Of a stretch of 32,000 bases of DNA, positions 7,708 to 16,976 are shown piece by piece. The stretch lies in the NCBI GenBank assembly GCA_000025185.1, contig CP001848.1:2730001-2762000 (forward strand), given 5' to 3'. Source of the DNA: Pirellula staleyi DSM 6068 (GTDB taxonomy: Bacteria > Planctomycetota > Planctomycetia > Pirellulales > Pirellulaceae). Below the pieces are notes generated by a model. That model did no database searches. It saw only the letters and a list, made by a program, of their open reading frames with translations, and had not been told where the DNA came from. Numbering within the stretch: position 1 is the stretch's first letter; each line of letters opens with the position of its first letter. The position numbers and the translations under genes were made by a program.

Positions 7708-9006
7708 ATGTTTGCATTTCATCGCCAAACCAGCATTACTTTGGGACGTGGTACGCAGATGAACCGTCGCGAAGTGCTGCGAGCGATTCCACTAGCAGCT
7801 GCTTCGGCGGGACTCTTATCGTGGACCGATCTTGTAACACTGCAGGCCGAAGATCTTCGCAAGCGAGGGAAGGCTTGCATCTTGCTGTGGATGGGTGGTG
7901 GCCCCAGCCAATTTGAAACTTGGAGCCCTAAGCCGGGGACTTCGACGGGGGGTGAAACCAAGGCGATCGAGACCAGCGTCGCAGGTATTCAGATTTCCGA
8001 GAACATGCCAAACGTAGCGAAGCAAATGCAGGAGATTTGCTTGATTCGTTCGATGAACAGCCGCGAAGGAGCGCATCCGCGAGCGACCTACTTGATGCAT
8101 ACCGGATACCTGCCGACGTCGAGCGTGAAGTATCCGACGCTTGGTTCGCTGGTATCGAAAGAAATCGGCGATGCGACCAGTGAGTTGCCCAGCTTTGTGC
8201 GGATCGGGCTAGGGCGGGGACTCGATGGTGGTGCCGGGCTGCTGGGTGTCGACTTTGATCCGTTTAGTCTACAGGCAGCGGGTCGCCTGCCCGATAACAC
8301 GGCGCTCACGACGAGTGAAACCCGTTTCGATCGTCGGCTTCGATTACTCTCGCAGATTGAAGGCGATTACGCCCAGCAAGGTGGCCGCCAAGTGGTGTCG
8401 GATCATCAAAAGGTGTATGCCCAAACGGCCAAGATGATCAAGAGTCCCGAGATGAAGACGTTTGAGCTCAGTGGCGAATCGGCCAAAACGCGCGAGGCTT
8501 ATGGAAGCTCGAACTTTGGTAAGGGATGCTTACTGGCGCGGCGGCTGATCGAGTCGGGAGTGACGTTTGTCGAAGTGACGCATGGCAACTGGGACACGCA
8601 TGACGACAACTTTGCGAGAAGCAAGGAATTGTGCGGTGGAATGGACCAGCCTTACGCCGCGCTGCTGGCAGATTTGAAAGCCCGCGGGCTGCTGGATAGC
8701 ACGCTGGTGGTGTGGATGGGAGAGTTTGGTCGCACACCGCGCGTGAATCCTCGTGCCGGCCGCGACCACTATCCCAAGGCGTTCAGCGTGGCCCTTTCGG
8801 GTTGTGGCGTGAAAGGGGGCCAAGTGATCGGCGCGACGAACAAAACCGGAGAAGAAGTGACCGACAAACCGGTCGGCGTAAGTGATCTGCTCCGAACGAT
8901 CTGTCATCGCCTCGAAATCGATGCCGACAAAGAGAACATGAGCAGTATCGGCCGCCCCATCAAGCTGGTCGATGGGGGCGAAGTGATTCAGGAAGTTGCT
9001 GGATAG
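7708..9006 (+). CDS. DUF1501 (sulfatase-fold) protein with a twin-arginine signal
   Basis: Track ORF starts at GTG 7645, overlapping the upstream stop. ATG 7708 is preceded by GAGG (7698..7701); ATG 7759 (MNRREVLRAIPLAAASAGLL) is an alternative start. It has an RR Tat-like motif, then ILLWMGGGPSQFETWSPKPG and HGNWDTHDDNF, MGEFGRTPRVN, GRDHYP, typical of DUF1501. Confidence 0.85.
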   Translation: MFAFHRQTSITLGRGTQMNRREVLRAIPLAAASAGLLSWTDLVTLQAEDLRKRGKACILLWMGGGPSQFETWSPKPGTSTGGETKAIETSVAGIQISENMPNVAKQMQEICLIRSMNSREGAHPRATYLMHTGYLPTSSVKYPTLGSLVSKEIGDATSELPSFVRIGLGRGLDGGAGLLGVDFDPFSLQAAGRLPDNTALTTSETRFDRRLRLLSQIEGDYAQQGGRQVVSDHQKVYAQTAKMIKSPEMKTFELSGESAKTREAYGSSNFGKGCLLARRLIESGVTFVEVTHGNWDTHDDNFARSKELCGGMDQPYAALLADLKARGLLDSTLVVWMGEFGRTPRVNPRAGRDHYPKAFSVALSGCGVKGGQVIGATNKTGEEVTDKPVGVSDLLRTICHRLEIDADKENMSSIGRPIKLVDGGEVIQEVAG

Positions 9007-9023
9007 TTTTGGGTAGTTGCTTC

Positions 9024-10304
9024 CTAGCCTACAAAGCGGAGCAGAGCATATTTCTTCTTGCCGCTCCGCAAAACCACCGTGGTCTCGCTCGCCAAGCTGG
9101 CGGGCGAAAGCTTCATGTCAACCGCGGTGATTTTCGTGTTGTTAACGTAGGCTCCGCCTTGCTCGATCGTGCGGCGAGCTTCTTTTTTGCTCGGCGCGAG
9201 TCCCGATTCGACAAGCGCGTCGATTAGCGAGAGTCCATCGCCGCTGAGCCGATCCTTGGGAAGCTGCTGGCTCGGTACGTCGGCAAAAATCTCGGTCAGC
9301 TGATCATCTGAAAGCTGGCTGATTTCGGCCCCAAAGAAGATGGCTGTCGCTCGCTCGGCGGCTGACAGCCCTTCGGTGCCATGGATCATGCGCGTCAGTT
9401 CTTCGGCCAATCGCTTCTGGCTTTGGCGAGCAGCGGCATCGGTGCTGCGGCTCGCGTCGAGTGCGTCGATCTCCTCTTGTGTCAGTTCGGTAAGGAACCG
9501 CAAGCACTTGCCGACATCGGCGTCGGCGACGTTCACCCAGTACTGATAAAACGCGTAAGGGCTGGTTCGTTTGGCCGAAAGGTAGATCGCACCTTTTTCG
9601 GACTTACCCATCTTGGTGCCGTCGGACTTGAGCAGCAGCGGGCAGGTCATACCGTACAGCTGAGGTCCTTGCATCCGGCGGGCCAGGTCGATGCCAGCGG
9701 TGATGTTGCCCCACTGATCGCTACCGCCAATTTGCAGCTCGCAGCCGAAGTGTTTGTTGAGATGCACGAAGTCGTAGGCTTGCAGCAGCATGTAGCTGAA
9801 CTCGGTGTAGCTGATGCCAGCTTCGCGTTCGAAGCGTCCCGAGATCGAGTCCTTCGCCATCATCACGCTCACCGGCACATGCTTGCCGACATCGCGCAAA
9901 AAGTCGAGGAACGAAAACTTTCCCATCCAGTCGTGATTGTTCAGCAGGCGAGCGCCGCTCGGGCCCTCGAAATCGAGGAGCAATCGAAGCTGTTGTTCGA
10001 TACCGGCGACATTCTTGGCGAGCGAATCGGTATCGAGCAGTTTTCGCTCTTCGCTTTTTCCGCTGGGGTCGCCGATCATGCCGGTCGCGCCACCGACGAG
10101 CGCCAGGGGGCGATGCCCCGCTTTTTGAAACCGCCTAAGCAGCATCAGGGGTAAGAGACTACCGACGTGCAAGCTGTCGGCGGTGGGATCGAAGCCACAG
10201 TAGAGCGTGCGCGACTGCTCGGCGAGCCACTTTGGAAGTTCATCGGGGGACGTGGTTTGATGAATCAGGCCACGCCAGGAAAGTTCGGCGAAAATGTCGG
10301 TCAT
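9024..10304 (-). CDS. tyrS: Tyrosine--tRNA ligase
   Basis: 426 aa. N-terminus MTDIFAELSWRGLIHQTT...LYCGFDPTADSLHVGSLLPL (HIGH-type motif), GGATGMIGDPSGKS, KMSKS-type KMGKSEKG, and a C-terminal S4-like domain (LIDALVESGLAPSKKEARRTIEQGGAYVNN). Confidence 0.95.
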   Translation of the reverse strand: MTDIFAELSWRGLIHQTTSPDELPKWLAEQSRTLYCGFDPTADSLHVGSLLPLMLLRRFQKAGHRPLALVGGATGMIGDPSGKSEERKLLDTDSLAKNVAGIEQQLRLLLDFEGPSGARLLNNHDWMGKFSFLDFLRDVGKHVPVSVMMAKDSISGRFEREAGISYTEFSYMLLQAYDFVHLNKHFGCELQIGGSDQWGNITAGIDLARRMQGPQLYGMTCPLLLKSDGTKMGKSEKGAIYLSAKRTSPYAFYQYWVNVADADVGKCLRFLTELTQEEIDALDASRSTDAAARQSQKRLAEELTRMIHGTEGLSAAERATAIFFGAEISQLSDDQLTEIFADVPSQQLPKDRLSGDGLSLIDALVESGLAPSKKEARRTIEQGGAYVNNTKITAVDMKLSPASLASETTVVLRSGKKKYALLRFVG

Positions 10305-10612
10305 AAGATCGGTCGGCTCGGAACGAACTAGTGTTCAGGTGGATGACTTCGGAATGGTCGGTTGCCAGGCTCGCCGTTTTGCGGGGAGTATCGCCTTACG
10401 CTTTTAGCCAGCGGAGTAGCCCAGTATTCGACGAAAAAAGCCCCAGATTGTCTAGCGGGCGGACAGCATCTGGCGGCGCGGTTTTTCCGGGAGACATCGC
10501 AGCAGCACTGCTGCAGGAAGGGAGCGAGGAGCCTAGAATAAGGTTCTTGTCATTGCCTGGATGTTTCGGTGATTCGCCACTTTTCTCACCCGCAACGCAC
10601 CGTTATTCGCTT

Positions 10613-11584
10613 ATGCCCACGATCCCATCCAAGCCGATCAGCCGACGCGAGTGGATTGTCCGCTCCACCGCTGCCACGCTTGCGCTTGGATCGCTGGGCA
10701 CTAGTGGTTGCATGTTTGGGGGGCCTTCTCCACTTCCCGACCTCGTTTGGGGACGACGCGGCAATAGTCCAGGGAAGTTCACCAAGCCTCGCGCTGTGAC
10801 AATCGACGCCGCTGACAATCTCTACGTGGTCGATACCACCCCTCGCATTCAAGTCTTTACCGGCGATGGCGAGATGCTGCGGAATTGGCAAACGCCCGAG
10901 TTTGCCAACGGTAAGCCTTCAGGGCTGTCGATGGATCGCGAGGGAAATCTGCTCGTCTCCGATACGCACTACTTTCGCGTGCTGACCTACACACCCACAG
11001 GCGAGCTATTGAAAGATCGCACGATTGGTGGCGTTTGTGGTCATGGGGAAGGAGAGTTCGGTTTTGTTACCGATTGCGTTCAGGACTCGCAAGGAAATTA
11101 CTTCGTTGCCGAGTATGGCGAGTTCGACCGCATTCAAAAATTCTCGCCTGATCGCAAATTTTTGCTGCAATGGGGCTCGCCCGGCGGTGAATTGATGCAG
11201 TTCAAGCGTCCGCAGAAGCTGGTGATCGACGACCAGGATCAGCTGTGGGTTACCGACGCTTGCAATCACCGTGTCCAGGTGTTCGACATCCGAGGGAACC
11301 AGGTGAAGCTAGTAGCGCACTGGGGTCAGCATGGCTATGAACCGGGGCAGCTGAACTATCCCTACGATATTTTGCTCGACGGCCAAGGGCACGTCTATTT
11401 GTGCGAGTTTGGGAATCATCGCGTGCAGAAATTCACGCTTGATGGGAAGTTTTTGGCGAGTTGGGGGACGAACGGACGGGAGCCCGGCCAACTCGACCAA
11501 CCTTGGGGAATTATTCAGGATAGTCGTGGGCGGATGTATGTACTCGACTCCTACAACCATCGAGTACAGCGGTTTTGGTTGTGA
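10613..11584 (+). CDS. NHL-repeat beta-propeller protein with a Tat-type signal, possibly a lipoprotein
   Basis: Track ORF starts at 10331, but the first 94 codons are low-complexity and would leave almost no divergent promoter space next to tyrS. ATG 10613 gives MPTIPSKPISRREWIVRSTAATLALGSLGTSGC. There are repeated NHL blades with YVVD / LVSD / WVTD / YVLD and NHRVQVF, NHRVQKF, NHRVQRF. Confidence 0.8.
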   Translation: MPTIPSKPISRREWIVRSTAATLALGSLGTSGCMFGGPSPLPDLVWGRRGNSPGKFTKPRAVTIDAADNLYVVDTTPRIQVFTGDGEMLRNWQTPEFANGKPSGLSMDREGNLLVSDTHYFRVLTYTPTGELLKDRTIGGVCGHGEGEFGFVTDCVQDSQGNYFVAEYGEFDRIQKFSPDRKFLLQWGSPGGELMQFKRPQKLVIDDQDQLWVTDACNHRVQVFDIRGNQVKLVAHWGQHGYEPGQLNYPYDILLDGQGHVYLCEFGNHRVQKFTLDGKFLASWGTNGREPGQLDQPWGIIQDSRGRMYVLDSYNHRVQRFWL

Positions 11585-11729
11585 CGTTTGACCAAACGTG
11601 TCATGGTGAAGAAACCGGGGATTTTGGACCCACTCGATAGTGGGAAGTGTACAACGCATCGGATAGACTGACGGGCGTGGAAAAGTAGCAGCAAAACAGC
11701 GCAGCTCTTGCGCCGGATGGCGAGTGGCA

Positions 11730-14700
11730 ATGGGCAACTACAACATCACCTTCGACGATCCTTGGCTGCTGCTTCTGTTGCTTGCGCTCCCGTTGATTTG
11801 GATCTACAGCTTCCGCTCGCTTTCGGGGCTTGGTCCCTACCGCCGTATCTTTGCCCTGTCGCTTCGCTCGCTGGTGCTCACCGCGCTGGTGCTCGCGCTG
11901 GCTGGTGTGCAGCTTCAAAAAACCACCGACCGGATGACGGTCCTCTATCTGCTTGATCAGTCCGAGAGCATTCCGAAACGAACCCGCGAAGCGATGCTCG
12001 AGTACGTGACGCGCGATGTGGCCGTGCATCGACGAACGGGCGATCTGCAAAACCCCGTGGAAGATAAAGCGGGCATCATCATTTTCGGTCGTGAAGCGAC
12101 CATCGAATATCCACCCTTTGCCGACGAAATTCGAGCCTCGGGAGTACTTGAGAGTCTGTTCGAACTGCGGACCGATGCCACCAACATTGCAGCTGCACTG
12201 AAGCTCGCGTCAGCATCGTTTCCTGAGGACTCAGCCAAGCGGATCGTGATTGTTACCGATGGTAACGAGAACTTGGGGGATGCCCGAAGTGTCGCGAAAT
12301 CGCTCACCGACAACGGCATCGGTATCGATGTCGTGCCGATCAAGCTATCGTCGACGGCAGAAGTGGCTGTGGAGAAAATTTCGCTCCCCCCCGATATTCG
12401 CCGTGGTCAGCCGCTCGAAGCGCGCGTGGTGGTCGAGAACTTCACGAAGCCGACGAAAGATAACCCCACCGCCGAAGTTGCGGGGCGTCTGAGAGTGCAG
12501 CGCACCTTTGGGGGCACAACCGAGGCGATTGGCGAGAAAGATCTCGAAGTCACGCTCAAGCCGGGCAAAAATGTGTTCGCGTTTCAGCACACCATTGATG
12601 TTCCCGCTGGCTATACCTACTCGGCGGAGTTCTTTCCCGACGATGCCGCGTTTGATCTTCAGCAGCAAAACAATAAAGCCACTTCTTTCACGCATGTGCG
12701 TGGCAAGGGACGCGTGCTTTTGATCGAAGATTGGGAGAGTCGCGGCGAGTTTGCATTTCTCGTGCAGCGGCTTGGGGAAATGAACATCGAGGTCGATGTT
12801 CAGCCGAGCGACCGACTCTTTACCAGTCTGGCAGAGCTGCAGGGGTACGACTGCGTGGTGATGGCCAATGTGCCGCGCGCTAGTGGTGGCGAGACCGACA
12901 ACAAAGAAGCGACGAACTTCTCCGACGAGCAAATCTCGATGCTCGTTCGCAACACCGAGCAATTCGGCTGTGGTTTGGTGATGCTCGGCGGCCCCAACAG
13001 TTTTGGTGCAGGTGGTTGGGCCAACACCGAACTCGAAAAGGCGATGCCGGTCGATTTTCAAATCAAGAACGAGAAAGTCAAAGCGGTTGGCGCGCTGGTG
13101 ATGATGATGCACGCCAGCGAACTCGCGCAAGGCAATTACTGGCAAAAAGTGATTGGCCAGGAAGCGCTCAAAGTTCTCGGACCAAGCGATTATTGCGGCT
13201 GTGTTCACTGGGACGATTTCACGGGGCGCGACAACTGGCTCTGGCGCGATGGTGCGGGAAAAGGTCTGGTGCGCATCGGCGGTCAGCAAAAGTCGATGCT
13301 TGGTCGACTCGATCGGATGGCTCCAGGCGATATGCCGCAGTTCGAGCCCGCGATGACCATGGCTCTTAAAGACCTGAAGCCCAACCCGGCTTCGGTGAAG
13401 CACATGATCATCATCAGCGACGGTGATCCTTCGCCACCGAGCGGAACCATTCTGAATCAGTACAAGCAAGCAGGCATCAAAATCACGACAGTCGCTGTTG
13501 GTACGCACGGACCAGCCGGAAGCACGCCGCTGCAAAACATCGCCAACGCCACCGGCGGCAAGTACTACGTCGCCACGAACCCTAAGGCCTTGCCCCGCAT
13601 TTTTCAGATCGAAGCCCGGCGAGTTGCCCGTCCTTTGGTCTACGAAGACCCCGCTGGATTCAGTCCCGGCATTATCGATCCGACGCACGAAATGATGCAG
13701 AACATCGGCACGACACTGCCGCCGATCAAAGGCTATGTGCTGACGACGGTGAAAGAGAATCCGCTCGTCGAAGTCCTCGCGCGGTCGCCTAAGCCGGGCG
13801 CCGGTCCCGAGAATAGCACGCTGCTGGCGAGCTGGACTTACGGCGCGGGGAAGACCGCAGTTTTTACCTCCGACGCTGGTCAGCGCTGGGCCAATTCTTG
13901 GACCGAGTGGGAGAACTACGACAAGTTCTATAGCCAGATGATTCGCTGGGCGATGCGTCCCGTGAATGAGGATGGCAAGTTCTCCGTCGCCACCGATGTG
14001 AAAGATGGCAAGGTCCGTGTTGTTGTCACAGCGCTCGACAAAGACGACGAATTCCTCAACTTCCTGAACATGTCGGGCGCTGGCACCGGTCCGGAAATGG
14101 AGAACGTGCAGCTGTCGCTCAAACAGGAAGCACCGGGACGCTACGTCGGTGAATTTCCAGCGGATAAAGCAGGGAGCTATCTGCTTGCGATCAGCCCCGG
14201 TTCGGGCAAGGTGCCGATCCTGGCTGGTGTGAATGTTCCTTACTCGGCCGAGTTTCGCGAACGGGAATCGAACCGCGCTCTGCTCGATAATCTGGCGAAG
14301 CTAAAGCCTAAGGATGGTGAAGTTGGTACTGTGCTTCCCACGGAGCTCGAGCCATCCGAGGTGAATTCTCTGGTCGCCGCGCTCGACACTTTTCGCCGCA
14401 CATTGGCTCGCGCGATTAGCATCGAAGATGTCTGGCCCCCTTTGCTGGTCCTTGCGGCAGCTCTCTTTTTGTTCGATGTGTTTGTGCGACGTGTGACAGT
14501 GCACTTCTACTGGATAGCTCCCGCACTGAAGAATCTCTGGCGTCGCATGCGTGGTCAGCAGCTCGAAGCAGTGGCCGATGAACGGATGGAACGCCTGCGT
14601 GGACGCAAGGCAGCCATTAGTCAGCAAATGGAAGATCGTCGCGCTGCCTCACGTTTCGAGCCCTCCCCCGATGCTCCGGTGGAAGGTCGTGACCTCGATA

Positions 14701-14852
14701 CTGTGCTGGGGGATGCCACGCTCGCCAGCGATCGCCCCGTCGCTGCATCACCGGAAAAAACGCCGACCGCAACACCTGAAACTAAAGATGCCGACAGTTA
14801 CACCGAACGACTCCTTGCTGCCAAAAAGAAAGCCAAGCGCGACGGCAAATAG
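11730..14852 (+). CDS. Giant BatA_N + VWA membrane protein (VWA, GATase1-like module, second degenerate VWA-like module, C-terminal TM and charged tail)
   Basis: Track ORF starts at GTG 11724; ATG is at 11730. The N-terminus FDDPWLLLLLLALPLIWIYSFRSL matches the aerotolerance-regulator N-terminal (BatA_N) pattern. First VWA has MIDAS DQSES (11955..11969) and IVIVTDGNENLGD. Middle block: RVLLIEDWES...YDCVVMANVP. Second VWA-like block ends HMIIISDGDPSPP...ITTVAVG...ATGGKYY. Late TM: VWPPLLVLAAALFLFDVFV. Confidence 0.75.
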   Translation: MGNYNITFDDPWLLLLLLALPLIWIYSFRSLSGLGPYRRIFALSLRSLVLTALVLALAGVQLQKTTDRMTVLYLLDQSESIPKRTREAMLEYVTRDVAVHRRTGDLQNPVEDKAGIIIFGREATIEYPPFADEIRASGVLESLFELRTDATNIAAALKLASASFPEDSAKRIVIVTDGNENLGDARSVAKSLTDNGIGIDVVPIKLSSTAEVAVEKISLPPDIRRGQPLEARVVVENFTKPTKDNPTAEVAGRLRVQRTFGGTTEAIGEKDLEVTLKPGKNVFAFQHTIDVPAGYTYSAEFFPDDAAFDLQQQNNKATSFTHVRGKGRVLLIEDWESRGEFAFLVQRLGEMNIEVDVQPSDRLFTSLAELQGYDCVVMANVPRASGGETDNKEATNFSDEQISMLVRNTEQFGCGLVMLGGPNSFGAGGWANTELEKAMPVDFQIKNEKVKAVGALVMMMHASELAQGNYWQKVIGQEALKVLGPSDYCGCVHWDDFTGRDNWLWRDGAGKGLVRIGGQQKSMLGRLDRMAPGDMPQFEPAMTMALKDLKPNPASVKHMIIISDGDPSPPSGTILNQYKQAGIKITTVAVGTHGPAGSTPLQNIANATGGKYYVATNPKALPRIFQIEARRVARPLVYEDPAGFSPGIIDPTHEMMQNIGTTLPPIKGYVLTTVKENPLVEVLARSPKPGAGPENSTLLASWTYGAGKTAVFTSDAGQRWANSWTEWENYDKFYSQMIRWAMRPVNEDGKFSVATDVKDGKVRVVVTALDKDDEFLNFLNMSGAGTGPEMENVQLSLKQEAPGRYVGEFPADKAGSYLLAISPGSGKVPILAGVNVPYSAEFRERESNRALLDNLAKLKPKDGEVGTVLPTELEPSEVNSLVAALDTFRRTLARAISIEDVWPPLLVLAAALFLFDVFVRRVTVHFYWIAPALKNLWRRMRGQQLEAVADERMERLRGRKAAISQQMEDRRAASRFEPSPDAPVEGRDLDTVLGDATLASDRPVAASPEKTPTATPETKDADSYTERLLAAKKKAKRDGK

Positions 14853-14969
14853 AGAGGTCGCACCAAGCGCGACTCGCTCACACACTGACGCCTGCCAATT
14901 GATCCCAGCTCATCCCAGCTTCTCATCACCTAGAACCACCAATCCTTAGCAAATTCTTCAGGACCATCC

Positions 14970-16001
14970 ATGAGTATCGGCGAGACGATGCAACAAGACG
15001 CGGAGGAGTTCCGCAACCGCTACACGGCTGTCAAAGCTGAAATTCAACGCGTGATTGTGGGACACGACGACATTGTGCACGGCGTCCTCACCGCGATGTT
15101 TATTGGTGGTCACTGCTTGCTGGAAGGTGTACCTGGACTCGGCAAAACGCTGCTGGTCCGCACGCTCTCTGAAACGCTCGACCTGCAGTTTAACCGGATC
15201 CAGTTCACCCCCGACTTGATGCCCTCTGACATTCTCGGCACGAACATGATCAACGAAAACGCCGAAGGTCGGCGTGTGTTCGAGTTTCAAAAAGGGCCGA
15301 TCTTTACACAGATCTGCCTCGCGGACGAAATCAACCGCGCTACGCCAAAAACACAGTCGGCACTTCTGGAAACGATGCAAGAGGGAACCGTCACCGTTGC
15401 TGGTGTCCGCTATCAGCTCGACAAACCGTTCTTTGTCATGGCGACGCAAAACCCGATCGAGCAAGAAGGGACCTACCCGCTCCCTGAAGCGCAGCTCGAT
15501 CGTTTCCTCTTCAAACTCGTCGTGGGCTACTCGAGTCGCGATGAACTAGCGACCGTGGTCGATCGCACCACGCGTGGTGTGGTGATTGAGCCGAAGAAAG
15601 TGATGGATGGGACCGAGATTCGGAAGTGGCAGAAGTTGATTCGCGAAGTGATTCTCGCGCAGCATGTGCAGGATTATCTTGTGCGACTCACGCTCGCCAC
15701 CCATCCTCAAGGACCCTTCGCGCTTCCGGTCACGAATCAATATCTTCGCTGGGGCTCATCGCCCCGTGGTGCGCAAACACTAGCGCTCGCTGCGAAGGTA
15801 CGAGCACTTCTCGAAGGACGCTACAACGTCAGCTTCGAGGATGTGCGCCGCGTTTATCTCCCAGCTATGCGGCACCGTGTGGTGCTGAACTTCGAAGCAC
15901 AAGCCGAGGGTCTGGATACCGATCGTGTGCTGCTCGAAATTCTCGAAAAGCTTCCAGAGAAGGCCGACGATGCCCCGGTCCGCGCCACGCTTTCCAGGTA
16001 A
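14970..16001 (+). CDS. MoxR-family AAA+ ATPase (AAA_3)
   Basis: GHCLLEGVPGLGKTLLVRTLSETLDLQFNRIQFTPDLMPSDILGT, Walker B/sensor ADEINRATPKTQSALLETMQE, and VMATQNPIEQEGTYPLPEAQLDRF. This is the classic MoxR signature. Confidence 0.9.
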   Translation: MSIGETMQQDAEEFRNRYTAVKAEIQRVIVGHDDIVHGVLTAMFIGGHCLLEGVPGLGKTLLVRTLSETLDLQFNRIQFTPDLMPSDILGTNMINENAEGRRVFEFQKGPIFTQICLADEINRATPKTQSALLETMQEGTVTVAGVRYQLDKPFFVMATQNPIEQEGTYPLPEAQLDRFLFKLVVGYSSRDELATVVDRTTRGVVIEPKKVMDGTEIRKWQKLIREVILAQHVQDYLVRLTLATHPQGPFALPVTNQYLRWGSSPRGAQTLALAAKVRALLEGRYNVSFEDVRRVYLPAMRHRVVLNFEAQAEGLDTDRVLLEILEKLPEKADDAPVRATLSR

Positions 16002-16065
16002 TCGCTCGCGAGCCCGTTGCTCGATTTCGTTTCGTGCTCTGTAAACTCCTTGCGACCCATCTCCC

Positions 16066-16956
16066 ATGCCATCCGCGAGTCTGCCACTCCTGAGTCCCGC
16101 GCTCCTTGCCCAGCTCGAACGGCTGGAACTCGTGAGCCGCAAGATCTTTCGTGGACGGATGAAAGGGGAGCGGCGCAGCAAACGCAAAGGGCAGAGTGTC
16201 GAGTTCGCGGATTTTCGGAACTACGTGCCGGGCGATGACCTTCGCTTTATCGACTGGAATCTCTTTGCGCGACTCGAAAAGTTGTTCCTCAAACTGTTCC
16301 TGGAGGAAGAAGATCTCCACTTCTATGCCCTTATCGATACCAGTAGCAGCATGGATTTCGGCGAGCCTTCCAAGCTCAACTATGCCAAGCAACTCGCAGC
16401 AGCACTGGGCTTCATCGGTCTCTGTCGCGCCGATCGTGTGAAGATCGAAACCCTCTCGACAACCACGAAAAACCCTGGTCCGACACTCCGTGGCCGCTCG
16501 AGCATGTGGCGTCTAATGGAGTATCTCGATGGCATAGAGGCTGGCGCTAATATTCCACTCGCCGAAGGGGTGAAGAATTTTTGCATCCGGAACTCTGGCA
16601 AGGGAATCTTGGTACTCATCAGCGACTTGATGGACAAATCGGGCTACGAGCAGGCTTTGCGATTGCTGGTGGCTCAGCAGATGGATGTCTACGTGCTCCA
16701 CGTCATGTCCCCCCTTGAACTCGATCCCGATATCAAAGGGGATCTCAAGCTGGTCGACTGCGAAGATGACGACATCGCTGAGGTGACCGTTAGCAAGCCA
16801 CTTCTCGATCGCTATAAGCGAACCCTAGCCGCCTTCATCGATGGCGCGCGCGAGTTCTGCACGCGCCGCGGCATGAGCTACTTGATGACCAGCACCGATA
16901 CGCCGGTCGATCGTTTGGTCTCGAGCTACCTTCGCAAACGTGGTCTGGTTCGCTAG
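16066..16956 (+). CDS. DUF58 domain protein (MoxR-associated)
   Basis: RKGQSVEFADFRNYVPGDDLRFIDWNLFARLEKLFLKLF is the DUF58 (PF01882) signature. It is followed by a VWA-like ALIDTSSSM block. The gene sits directly downstream of MoxR, as in Bat-type operons. Confidence 0.9.
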   Translation: MPSASLPLLSPALLAQLERLELVSRKIFRGRMKGERRSKRKGQSVEFADFRNYVPGDDLRFIDWNLFARLEKLFLKLFLEEEDLHFYALIDTSSSMDFGEPSKLNYAKQLAAALGFIGLCRADRVKIETLSTTTKNPGPTLRGRSSMWRLMEYLDGIEAGANIPLAEGVKNFCIRNSGKGILVLISDLMDKSGYEQALRLLVAQQMDVYVLHVMSPLELDPDIKGDLKLVDCEDDDIAEVTVSKPLLDRYKRTLAAFIDGAREFCTRRGMSYLMTSTDTPVDRLVSSYLRKRGLVR

Positions 16957-16976
16957 TGCCCAGCTGAGGAATTGTC

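Noticed and set aside
9381-10154. 257-aa plus-strand ORF inside tyrS
   Set aside because: It is antisense to an unambiguous tyrosyl-tRNA synthetase gene, so it is a shadow ORF.
10331-10612. Upstream extension of the NHL-repeat ORF
   Set aside because: It is low-complexity Ser/Pro/Arg-rich sequence. It would leave under 40 nt for two divergent promoters next to tyrS. ATG 10613 gives a proper signal sequence.
12345-13688. 447-aa minus-strand ORF inside the giant VWA gene
   Set aside because: It is antisense to a gene with clear VWA/BatA_N motifs. Its composition (Arg/His/Gly-rich) is typical of a shadow frame.
14263-14274. GGGAATCGAACC, resembling a tRNA T-arm
   Set aside because: It lies in frame inside the VWA gene (ERESNRAL). 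No acceptor, anticodon or D-arm structure can be built around it.
14902-14920. Tandem ATCCCAGCT-c-ATCCCAGCT direct repeat upstream of the MoxR gene
   Set aside because: There are only two 9-mers in a 117-nt intergenic gap. It is too short to call a repeat element or operator without conservation data.
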